From Blastocladiella emersonii ATCC 22665 (Eukaryota; Fungi; Blastocladiomycota), in assembly GCA_025594325.1 (NCBI GenBank), contig JANHCV010000013.1, positions 620,001-684,000 of the forward strand: a stretch of DNA of 64,000 bases, in the 5' to 3' direction. The translations under genes were made by a program, and so were the position numbers. This document shows positions 34,001 to 43,940 of the stretch, one piece after another (position 1 is the first letter of the stretch; each line of letters begins with the position of its first letter). The notes under the pieces are model-generated. The model worked only from the letters and a program-made list of their open reading frames with translations, made no database searches and had not been told where the DNA came from.

Positions 34001-34326
34001 ATGATCTTTACGGCGCGGGCGACCCTCCCCTTGCTGATCGCGGGCGGCTGCTTTCGAGCTGCGGAAACGCGATCCTCGAGCAGTGGCAGAAACCCAAGCG
34101 CGAGCTTTCGTCTTCGTACTCGCTTCCGATGTGCCAGATCCCGTTCTACGCGTTGCCAAACGCCGTCGTGCCCGATTCGGACTCGCAACTCGATGCCGAC
34201 ACGTACGCGGTACTCCGCCCGATTCTCAAGCGAGTTCTGGTTCTCCCTGTGAGCTGGATCGAGTCCGAGAGAACCCAAAGCCAGCTGGCTCGGCGCTACA
34301 TGATGATGATGGGGGCGTCTGGCTGA
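31079..34326 (+). CDS. DUF4470-domain protein, predicted ~1057 aa (exons 31079-32618, 32693-34326)
   Basis: LHALLCGCGDLAEVART...LSFTLNDWQPEVLARNLLILH matches DUF4470 (LL.GCGD.R...T.ND..P.ILARN). The later FDIVDTNTLM...L..LL segment fits fungal members. The two ORFs join in phase through a 74-nt GC-AG intron (cag|gcacgt...actaac...tctag). Confidence 0.7.
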
Positions 34327-34786
34327 TTCATGTCTGCCTCGGATTCCACATTGCAAAGTCGAATTAATACATAGTTGTCTTTTCCTTCTTCCTCCGTGTA
34401 ACTCTCCAGCCTGCCTTCGTTGAGCGTTGAGCGTTTCACCGCTCGCGGAGGCGACGGCCCAACCCAAAACGCGTCGGGCTCGCGTGCGAGTGGCGACTAC
34501 TCTCGGACTCGACAAGCTCATCCAAGAGTTCGATCAAGGCGTAGACAATCACGTCGTGGCCGTTGAATGGAGAGCGGTCGGCTTCGGGTCGTATGTGCTG
34601 GACAATCGTGCTTAGAGCACGCAATGAACAGTCTCCTGCTTCAATCGTTTTAAGAACACGCTGTTAAAGATGTCAACACGACCGTTTTATTGCGAGACGC
34701 CACGTCAACACGCTCTCCACCAATCCGTGGCAGGAACAGGGCCTTGCGAAAACCATCCGCGCACCTTGCCGCGAAAAAATTTCGAA

Positions 34787-34843
34787 CGGCCGCACTTGCG
34801 TAGGCGGCGCGGTCTTTTCACATCGCCCACGCGAGAGCGGCCG
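34787..34843 (-). repeat. Central stem-loop of the foldback repeat (copy 5)
   Basis: CGGCCGCTCTCGCGTGGGCG-ATGTGAAAAGACCGCGC-CGCCTACGCAAGTGCGGCCG. Confidence 0.8.
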
Positions 34844-36059
34844 GCCCGCGCGGTGCGAGGTGGTCAGTGAAGCTCAAGTTCGCTGCCGTACAGAGGAAAA
34901 CGTGTCGGTGGCGCGTGGATGAGGTCTGACGCGTGAAAGCGGGGCGATTGGTGCCGGAGAACGTCAATGATACGCAATGAGTGCGCCAGCGGTTGAAGTA
35001 CGTCTCGAGAACATCGGAAGTGCGGCATGGTATACATGACAGGGTTAAATGAGTGAAGTGGCCCTGAACATCGAAGGGCAGAGTATCGAGCGCCGTCACG
35101 TACTGCGCAAAGGGACTGCCAGTTCGGGCGCTTGGGTCGCACTTCAGGGCATTCTAGCATCTCCGTGGCCCATGAAGGCATTGAGTCCAGCGATCACCAT
35201 CGAGACTGAACGAGTGACTTTGAGGCGCCATCCAACCCAACCTTCTTACAACCTTAAGTCGGCGCAGCATTGCCCAACGATTGCAACTGTGTTGTGCGGT
35301 CCCACTGGTGTCGGCTTATTTCGCTCGAATAACGCCTTCAACCACGTCATACGACCTCACGCAGAAGCAAAAATGCAATTGGGTTAACGTGTGCGTGGAA
35401 ATTCGTCGTGGACTCGGAGCGATCGCGGAAGCAAAGGCGGACCGACGGCTTGCTGCAAGGATGAATAGGCAAGAAACCCGTTTTGAGTGCGGGACCTTCC
35501 ACGAGACTTGATCAAGACCACATTGCATTGAGTTACATTGTCATCAGGACGGGCGCCCGGTCGTGATAGGGAGCGATAGCAGTTGCAGCGCGGCGCTGTG
35601 ATGAGTCCGCCGCCACAGGCCTCCAGGTCGCGTGAGTGGCGCGGCGCGTCATCCGTCGCGGCAGCCCACATCAAAGAAACTATAATAAATCCTCGAGGAG
35701 ATAGAGTAAAAAACATCAGAAGGGTGCGCCCCGCCTCTGAAGGCGCGGTATTCCGCCGTGTTGATCAGAGTATCGAGCACGGGACGACAGACTAAACTGC
35801 CTATGCGGTCCCCACGCCAGCAGGTGCACGCCTACACTGCACGAACCTCAGCACAAGTACCTGACTCCCACCCACGGTACGCGACGTTGCCGACCCTCCA
35901 TCCTCGCACCAGAGCAACATGGCCCGTCCATTCCAGGGGGACTGTGAAAAGGACGAGTACAAGTCGACAAAACGGAGAAGTAAGAAAAACCGCACACGAC
36001 AAACTCGGGTCCAAGTAAGCGTCTCAACAATGAATGGCATCAATCGTATACTCACCCAA

Positions 36060-36437
36060 TCACCTCGTGCCCTTTGGCATCAGTCGTGCCGCGTTCAGCC
36101 CGTACGATTTGCACGCGACGCGGACTTAGTGGCGAAACCCCCACTCGGCGGTGGTCGCAGCGGTCACGGCAACGACCTTAGCCAGCCAGTCGCGTGTCGC
36201 ATCGACCGTCACTTCCCCATCCCTAGCCTTGAGCAGAACCCTCATCGACCGAGCTTTACCCACATCGGGGAGCGCTTTCCGTCAAGTGCCCCGCGCGGGA
36301 GCATCCGCAAGATGTGCCGCGGGGGGTCGGTCGGGATGTCGATAACCCCGTCGAGTACGAGCTTGGGAGCTGCGCGGTACAGCTGTTGGATGTTCCACGC
36401 CGTGTCCGATCCGGGTCCGCTGGTGCCGCTCGCCAAT
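36060..36437 (-). pseudogene. FBL8: C-terminal remnant paralogous to FBL9
   Basis: ELASGTSGPGSDTAWNIQQLYRAAPKLVLD...LPRGALDG...W, then (frameshifted) DATRDWLAKVVAV. Colinear with the FBL9 C-terminus. Confidence 0.8.
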
Positions 36438-37270
36438 TCAGCGCACTCCCGCGTGCGGCGCGGAATTTTCACGGCGCACGCGCGAGTGCAGCCCAGCGGT
36501 GCGGAGCGAGCGAGCCGGCGAGGTCCAAGCGCGGCTGCTGAGTGGCAAACAGTTGTTGCTGGTAGTGGTTCCCAGAGCAGGCGAGCAACGCGTAGGTTGG
36601 TCGAATGAGGTCTGGGGAGCGATTGAGCTCAACAAGGTAGGCAGTGACTACACCAGAGAAATGAGACGGTCATGTTGTAAGTGCACGGTTCTGGTGAGCG
36701 ACATTCACGCGGCTGCATACGCGTCTCAAGCTGAACGAGCTGACGCTCATGAACTACGTTGGTCCTGGCAGTGAGACTCCCGGGCATTTGTCCCAGGCGC
36801 AGTCGCATCAAACCGTGACCGCCACCACCGAGTTGGCGAAGGTCGCGGCTTGCGGGAGCTGCGTGCTCCGCTCGGAAATCATGATGGACCTTCAGTACAC
36901 TCGTCGGCGAGCGGATCGAGCAGCGAAGGCATGGCCCATGGCGAATTAGGGTCGCCCGAGTATCGGCGCAGGTGGAGCAGACTGCTGCGGAGAGCCGCGT
37001 GGTGCCTGACACCTGGTTTTGGTGCTGTTACCGCCCAGTCAACGACGAGCTTGCGAGCCTCATGCGGCGCGACGGCAACTGGCCAAACACCGGACACTTC
37101 AAGTTTACACCAAACTTGGTCCACGACCTGCTTTAAGCCCACAAATCGCAATGCGTCAAGTCCCATATTCCATCCTCTCCTACATCTCGACAGCTCCATG
37201 GCGGGGTCGGCGGAGTGACCCAACGTGACGCGCCGGCCGCCCTTCAACCTGACGCGTCGCCCCCGACGCC
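36438..37270 (-). mobile_element. Left arm plus central hairpin of the foldback repeat (copy 6), replacing most of FBL8
   Basis: Colinear with 49620-50308 (+), with shared runs gcgcgtcacgttgggtcac..gccgaccccgccatggag, ctgctccacctgcgccgatactcg and gctctgggaaccactac. Hairpin at 36438-36494. Confidence 0.7.
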
Positions 37271-37402
37271 AGCCGCACCTTCTTCAGCGCGTTGAATCTC
37301 TCACGAGCACGAACGTCAGCGCGAGAGCGCACGGTGAGGAGCACGGTGGTAGTATGAGGCATGTGCGGGGGTATCAGACCGAGCGAACAGCAACAGGAGC
37401 GG

Positions 37403-37438
37403 TGACGCCACACGTCACATGATTGAACGTCGCGTCTC
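37403..37438 (-). promoter_or_regulatory. Composite motif of FBL8
   Basis: Minus strand gagACGCGACGttcaaTCATGTGacgtgtggCGTCA. Confidence 0.7.
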
Positions 37439-37945
37439 GCATTCGCGCTGGCCCGCGGCCGATGCACCTCAGTAAGCGTCTCCCGTCTCCCGTCTCCATG
37501 ATGCGTGCGCTTCGTGTTCTCACAGCCGGCACATCTTCCACACCTCGGCTCCGCAATTAAACGACTCCCCGCTTGCCAAACACCAAATCTTGGCTCACGA
37601 GCTGGGCAGAACGCTCGTGTTCTGTGGACTGAAACTTTTGATTCACTAGAAGGGAACCTCTCCTCTGGCATTCGGCGTGTACGGGGTAGCGTGAAGCTAT
37701 GTTGCGCGCAGGAGGTATCCAAGGTTTTTAAATGTGCGTCCTTGGCCCAAAGTGACGGTTAAAGAGCAACTTGGTGGCCACGGGCCGAACCTGTCGAAAA
37801 AGCGCGTCCTTAATGTCGCGCGTCGCAAAGTGCATGAAGCCTACCTCCGCCCCCGCGAGGTCGCGCGACATCAGCGCCGATCCGGAGCAACGACACACTC
37901 GCGTTCGCAGCATTGGACTCGAAAACCACTCGTTTATTCATCAAA

Positions 37946-40501
37946 TCACTCCGTCGCCAATGGCAACAGCTGCACCGCGTCCAGCCTGCAAGCTACGCAT
38001 TCGGCGCGAACCGCCTCGCGGAACTTGGGCTTGGCGGTCGCCACCGCGGCCACCGCAAACATTTCCGCGAGCCAGTCGCGGGCATCGTCCATGGCGACCT
38101 CGCCACGCTGCGCGCCTTTCAGAATGTCCATCACCTCGTCCAGGACCCACCCAGGCTGACGCAGCCCGTCAAACGCACCGCGCGGGAGTAGTCGCAAGGC
38201 GTGATGCGGAACGTCGAAGGGAAAGTCAAGGAACTCATCAAGTAGGAGCTTTGGAGCTGCGCGGTACAGCTGTTCAATGATCCACGCCGTGTCTGAGCCA
38301 GGCCCGCTGGTGCCGCTCGCGAGCTCAACACGTCGCAGTTTGTCGGCATCATGCAGCGCACTGTCCGAGAAAAGCAGATTGCGCGCCGCAACCGGGATCG
38401 ATTCGGGTAGGAGAGTGAAGCCCGGAATCTTTGTGAGCATCGCGTTGACGGCGTACTGCCACGGCGCCCACGCGGCGTTTGGGAGGTCACCCGGCGGGGC
38501 ATTGGGATCCGCAAGGCGAGTGCGCGGATGAAGTTGGGGTGAATCGGCAGCCTGGATGAGAGCATTCACAGCGGCGCTCTGAGGAAGCGATGCAAGATAC
38601 GCGTCCATCGTCCAGCACCCGCCCTTGCCTCGAGACTTGGGAAGTAGTAGCAGGTAAAAGTACCAGTGCGCGATTCGCATCGACTCGAGTGTGCGGGCGA
38701 GGCGTTTCCTGGTCGCTGCCGAGGTTCGCTGATCACACATTAGCGCGACGAGAAACGGAGCCGAGAACTCGGGTATTTGGTCCTCGACCTTCCACGCGCG
38801 AAGCTCTGGGGTGCGGCCGCGTGGGTGAAGGACGACGTGAGCATGATTGAAAGCGTCGAGAAACGCGATCAGGTCGAACATTGCGCCGGCCTGTTCGAGT
38901 GCAGCGAGAACAGCGCTGTTGAGCAGCGACTCCAATCTTACGCCCGTCTGCATGGCTGCGGCCAAGACCGTGGTGGTTTCCTGAAGCAGTTTTTCGGTAT
39001 CGCGATGGCCCGCAGACGGGGTTGATTGAACTTTGGCGAGTTTGTTGGTTCCGGTCACGATCGACATGACTAAGCGAGGAGGCAAGCGCTACGTCAGTGA
39101 GCGGAGGCCTATTGGGCTGCGGCGGACGCTCGTACCAGCTGGAAGCGCTGTTGTCAGCTCTTCATGCGAAAGCCGACGCGCCAACGGCAAGAAATCTGCG
39201 ACGGGTGTCCAAATCGCAAGGAAGAGGAAGCGCGCAATTTGGCCCATATTCATGAAGCGACGTTCAAAGATCTCGGTCAGGACCGCGCAGTGCTCGCCGA
39301 TATCGGCCATGGCAAGCAGCTCATCCAAGGCGTCATCGCGCCCGCCAAGAATGGCCGCTGCAAACCGTTTCGTTGGATGCTTAAGGTAGACCGGGCCCGG
39401 GGCGAAGCGGAGGATCATCTGCGCGATGCAATCGCTGCTAGCGCGGTCGAGGAGCTGAGTCGCGAGCGCCAGCACCTCGTCCGAGTCGGTCAGCTCGCCG
39501 TCCTCGCCGGTAAACCACGCGAGGGTCGAGATGACGAGGTCGGTTGGGAGCGACGCGTCAAACGCGCGCTCGATGAGAGGTTGGTACGCAAAGGATATGA
39601 AGTTTTCGCCTTGAATCCCATACCTGGGCTGCTCGAGAATCGCAAGCACCTCGGGGCGCCACCACTTGAGCGCAACGAGCGCGAGGTAGCCAAAGCAGCG
39701 CGGAGTCACCAAGGTGCCGGGGTCGGTAATCTCATAAGTCCACAAATCGGACCACGTATAGTCGCTGGAACGTGTCCGAGTCCGCCAGTCCGGGTCAAGG
39801 CACGCCAGCAAGCCAAAGGGGAGGTCGTGCGACGCTTCTGGAAGCTGTGCAAGCGCGTCCAGCACGAGCGTGAGTAGCTTGATTCGGCCCTGCGCGACGA
39901 AGACCATGGCGAGCTGGCGAAGCACAAAGAACTGTGGCACCAGCCGGAGCGCGGAATCCGAGAGACAGCGCCGACCGCGCTCTTCAAACTCCAATTCAAA
40001 CTGCATTGCCCAAGCGCGGACCTTCTTGTCTGGAAGCGAGTTGAGCGCTTTCGTCGAATACCGCACAATGAGACGAGTGACAGTCGGCGCGTCAAACACG
40101 TCAGCCGACGGAAGCCAACGCACGCGGTCAAGTTCACGGTGCAGGGCTGCAATCCTCTCGCGGCACGCGAGGTGGCACAGGTACGGCTCGAGCGGCATTT
40201 CCTCGCGCGGATTGATCGGGCCGCGAAGCTTGTGGCGGGCACAGGGGCACTCGCCCTTGCCACACGGGTGCAGCCGGCCCCAGCCGCACAGGTCGGGCCG
40301 TAACATGAAAGTAAACCGCCAAACCCACTGTGTGACCGAATCAGACGCAAGCTCGGCGAATCCACTCGTGGTAAGCGGGATGGCGACCTGGGGCACGGAG
40401 AGCTGCAGGACACGCCCGATCAACTCGGCGGGCAAGTCGGAGAATCGGGCGAGGCTAGCGTCCTCGGGCATATTGCAAGCAGTCATTTCATTGGATTCCA
40501 T
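37946..40501 (-). CDS. FBL9: intact, divergent F-box-like family protein lacking the Cys motif, predicted 829 aa (exons 40501-39136, 39069-37946)
   Basis: MESNEM...ARFSDLPAELIGRVLQL...LASDSVTQWVW (F-box-like), RCFGYLALVAL, APGPV. A 66-nt gtacga...cttag phase-1 intron sits at the family position (LPAG|VMS). C-module GVRLESLLN, APWQYAVNAMLTKIP, RAAPKLL, LPRGAFDG aligns with paralogs. Confidence 0.72.
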
Positions 40502-40581
40502 GATGGTGGTGCTTACGTGCTCGGCGCCTGGAAGCGGCGACGCGAAGCCAGCGAGGCCGCGGGCTTTCGGCGGCGCCTCGC

Positions 40582-40607
40582 GCGCGTCACATGATTGATC
40601 GACGCGT
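40582..40607 (-). promoter_or_regulatory. Composite motif upstream of FBL9
   Basis: Minus strand ACGCGTCGatcaaTCATGTGacgcg, about 86 nt before the ATG. Confidence 0.7.
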
Positions 40608-40910
40608 ACCTTGGCCAGTTCAAGTCGCCCTGCCCGGATGCTCACCCTGGCGCTCACGAGCAAGCTCAGCTTGGCATCGACTGGTCGGCGAGGTGCCAAG
40701 AAGTCGTATCTGCGCGGCCCTGTTAAGCGGCCGCACCTCAGCCCGCGCCGCGGCGACAGTATCAAGACTAGAATCAACTGACTCCTCAATCCCTTCCGTG
40801 TCCACGCGTGCCTCCCGCGGGCAATCGTGCTGCACGCCAAACCGCTGAGAAAGATTCCCAACTCGGCCGTGTGCGATGAACGTGATGATACATTGTACAA
40901 GTCTCCACCT

Positions 40911-42160
40911 TCACCCCAGCATCACCGCGACCCCAACCGCGACGAGCGCACCAAGCACGACCCGCACGCCACCCGGCCCCGCCTTGGGCGCCGCAGCACT
41001 GATCCCGGGGGTGCCGTAGTTGGACCCGCGCGCGACGACGCCCGTCGGTGATGGCGTCGCGGCCGATGCGGTCGCGGTACCCGTCCCGTTGACGACGCCG
41101 AACGAAACCCCCGAAGAGACAGCGGCGGGCGGGACCGGGGGCCGCGGGCGCGGGGTGTACTGGACGCCGTTGATCCCGGCGGCGACTTCGAGGAGGTCGC
41201 CGAACTCGTTAAAGTCTACACTCCCGCCCGCCCGCAAACGTCAGTTCCACGCACCCCCGCCCCGCCCCGTCCCGCGCGGCGCGAAAACGTACCAACGAGC
41301 GCGAAATTAACAAACTGCTTCCTGACCGCGGCACACTTCGCCAAATGCGCGCGCATCTTGGCCGCGCCATTCACCTTCTGCGCGTTGTCGGCAGACGGCG
41401 CGTCGAACCCGAACACGGACGTGTAGAGCCAGTGATTGACGAGCACCATTTCCCGCGTCGCGTTCCGCGGGCGGTCAAGCGCACACGTCCAGTCGGCTTC
41501 GGCGCGGAGCTCGAACGGGGTTTCGGAGATGTACGCGAAATGGGCCATGACGGGCGGCAGGGGAGCGCCGGCGGGAGGCGCGGGCAGGTCGCTCGCAAAC
41601 ACCAGTAAGCGCTTATCCCGGACCCCGAGCTCACGCAGCGTCGGCCAGCGGGGCTGTGCGGGCGGCTGCACGTACGCGAGGTTCGCGAGTCCCGCCGCCG
41701 CCAAGAGCGCCGCGAGCTCGGCGTACCCGGCCTTGGCGGCGTTCTCGATGGTCAGGACCACGACCTCGGCGCGGTTCGCGGCGAGGAACGCGCGGATCTC
41801 GCCGAGCCCCGCGGTCGCGGGCCCCGCGTCGAGCAGGCCGCACGAGCCGTGGCACAGGCGCAGGGACGTGGGGCCAGATGTGGAGTTGGCGGACGCGGCG
41901 CGGTGGATGTCAACCGACAAGAGGCGGACGCCGTAGTTGAGCTGGGCGGTGATGTTGGTGAACTGGTTGGCGGCGCCGCCGACGCCCACGGCGAACGAGT
42001 TGTGGGTGCCCGGGAAGAAGACGGCGGAGAGCGGGCGGTCGCACAGCGACGGGTGGCCGTTGCACGCGGTTGCGGGGGTCGCGGCGGCGGCGAGGAGAAG
42101 GGTGAGGAGGACGAGGGCGAGGCCGGCGCGGCCGGCGGGCGCCACAGCGGGTCGATGCAT
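40911..42160 (-). CDS. Secreted PI-PLC X-domain-like phosphodiesterase with a GPI/TM-like C-terminus, ~390 aa (exons 42160-41293, 41215-40911)
   Basis: Signal peptide; CNGHPSLCDRP...PGTHNSF...QLNYGVRLLSVDIH...LCHGSC...EVVVLTIEN. Intron gtacgt...gtgtag gives FALVDFNEFGDLLEVAAGING. Hydrophobic C-terminus. Confidence 0.87.
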
Positions 42161-42738
42161 GGCGGTTGCACCGAGTCGGTCGAGGGTGCGTGTCTATCAA
42201 GTTACATGAAGCGCTCCATGGCGCGCGCGGGTGAGAGAGCGAACGAGAAGCAGCCGGCTTCGCCTCGAGGGTGGCGCTGGGGCTGAGAGGCGCCTGACGC
42301 CGCATCACGTGCGAGTGCATGACGCCGCAGCTGAGCCCGCGCGCGCGTCGACGCGTTCGTTTGTTCGGTTGTGGAGGATGTATTCATGGTGAATGAGGTG
42401 GTACAACAACTGCGGTGGTGTGGGGGCGGGTAGAACGATAACTCAACTGCGGCGGCACGAGGGTGGTGACGATGGTGGCCGCGCGCGAACACGATGTGGG
42501 GGTGGGTGGCCGCGAGAGCAGCCGCGAGCGAGCGAGTGGGAGCGGGAGGACGGCCGTGCGCCGGTCCAGAAGGTCGCTCGCTCGCTCGCTCGCTCGAACG
42601 TGGTGTGGGGGGTAAGGCAGTGCAAACAAACGGATGGTGATGCGGGGGAGAGGGGAAGAGTCGCTACTGCTGCTGCTGCTGCCGTCAACGCGGCGGCACG
42701 ATAGCCGTGGTCACGGCCGCGCGAGAAACCGCGGTCCA

Positions 42739-43276
42739 TCAGATCTCGAGAATTTCGGTGAGCAGCATCTTCTCGAGGATGAACTTGCCCTCCTTGTACC
42801 GCTGGCTCTCCTCGTACGCGTGCTCCTGTCGATGCTGCGAGTCAGCAGCGAAGGTGAGGCGAGAAGGGAGCGAGAGAAGCGTACGTATTTCCAGCCGACG
42901 ACGCGGCCGCACCCGATGCACAGGATGTCGCGGACCGTGTGCAGGCCCGTGGTCATCTGGCGGTCCTCGCAGGTGCCCTCGGCGACGTTGACGCTGTAGG
43001 GCGGATGGTTACTCTGACGGCGTGCGATGGGAGCGCGAGGGGAGAGCGTACACTTTGCCGAACAGGAACGCGCGGCCCGTCTGGCCCTGGAACTGCTACA
43101 AGCTCGGGGGAGGAGCGCCACGTCAGCACCATCGCGGCCATCGCACGCGCCGACGGGAACCGCACCTTGGACACAATCTGGTCGTAGGTCGAGAGGTGCG
43201 TGAGGCACGACGAGCACCCGTAGATGCGGTTGTTGGCGCCGGGCGCGTGCAGGTAGCGCTTGTGCAGGCGGCCCAT
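42739..43276 (-). CDS. MOH1: Yippee/YPEL zinc-binding protein (multi-exon)
   Basis: MGRLHKRYL...[11 protein letters not shown]...[61 protein letters not shown]. Confidence 0.92.
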
Positions 43277-43872
43277 CTTGGTGGTTACGTTGAGGTGTTG
43301 GATGTGGAGCTGCGAGCGATGAGCAGCAGGGCGCGTTGCATAGAAGGCTGATGAATGAACTAGGGCGGGAGTGGGAGCGAGAGGGCGTTCTCACGCCATT
43401 GCACACGGTGCTGCGCTGTGCAGCGGGGAGGGGGGGTCCATCGATGGCCGTTCCGCTCCGCGCCGCGCCTCTCACGCGCAGCCACTCGCCACGGTGGCGC
43501 ACACATGACCCTATCCGCATACCCGCGATACCCACGCGGATTGGTTCGGCGGATGCAGCAATGACTGCCGGCTCCCACGAGCTCGTCGCCCGTGAAATTC
43601 GAGAACACGCAACGGCCGCGACGCGTCTCTTCCGTGGGGGTGGCGACGACGCGCTGCGCCACCCGGCGCGCGCCGCACGTGCCGCCGCGATCGACCTCCC
43701 TCACCCGCTCCTCGCGACCTCATCGCCGCGCCCACCCGTTGCGCGTCCCGAATCAGATCAAGCTCGGGTGGCGCGCGCGCGCGGACATCAGGTCCGGTCA
43801 CGCTGCCTCAGCGTTTGCTAAATGCAAGCTCTCCCTCGTCGCGTGAGCGCTGTCCTCCCCAACCGGCAGCCC

Positions 43873-43940
43873 GGGTCCTCTCCCCGCGCGGTGCGTCCGC
43901 GTGAAAATTTGCTCCGTTGGCACGGCGTGCGGAGTGCTCG
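43873..43940 (+). repeat. Degenerate copy of the central stem-loop
   Basis: ctccccgcgcggtgc...CGTGAAAAttt...gcacggcgtgcggag: imperfect arms around the same loop core. Confidence 0.45.

Noticed and set aside
5600-40600. Island as a Starship-like giant transposon or endogenous giant virus
   Set aside because: No tyrosine-recombinase captain, transposase, capsid, packaging ATPase or DNA polymerase and no terminal repeats were seen. The genes have spliceosomal introns and a core gene (APD1) lies inside.
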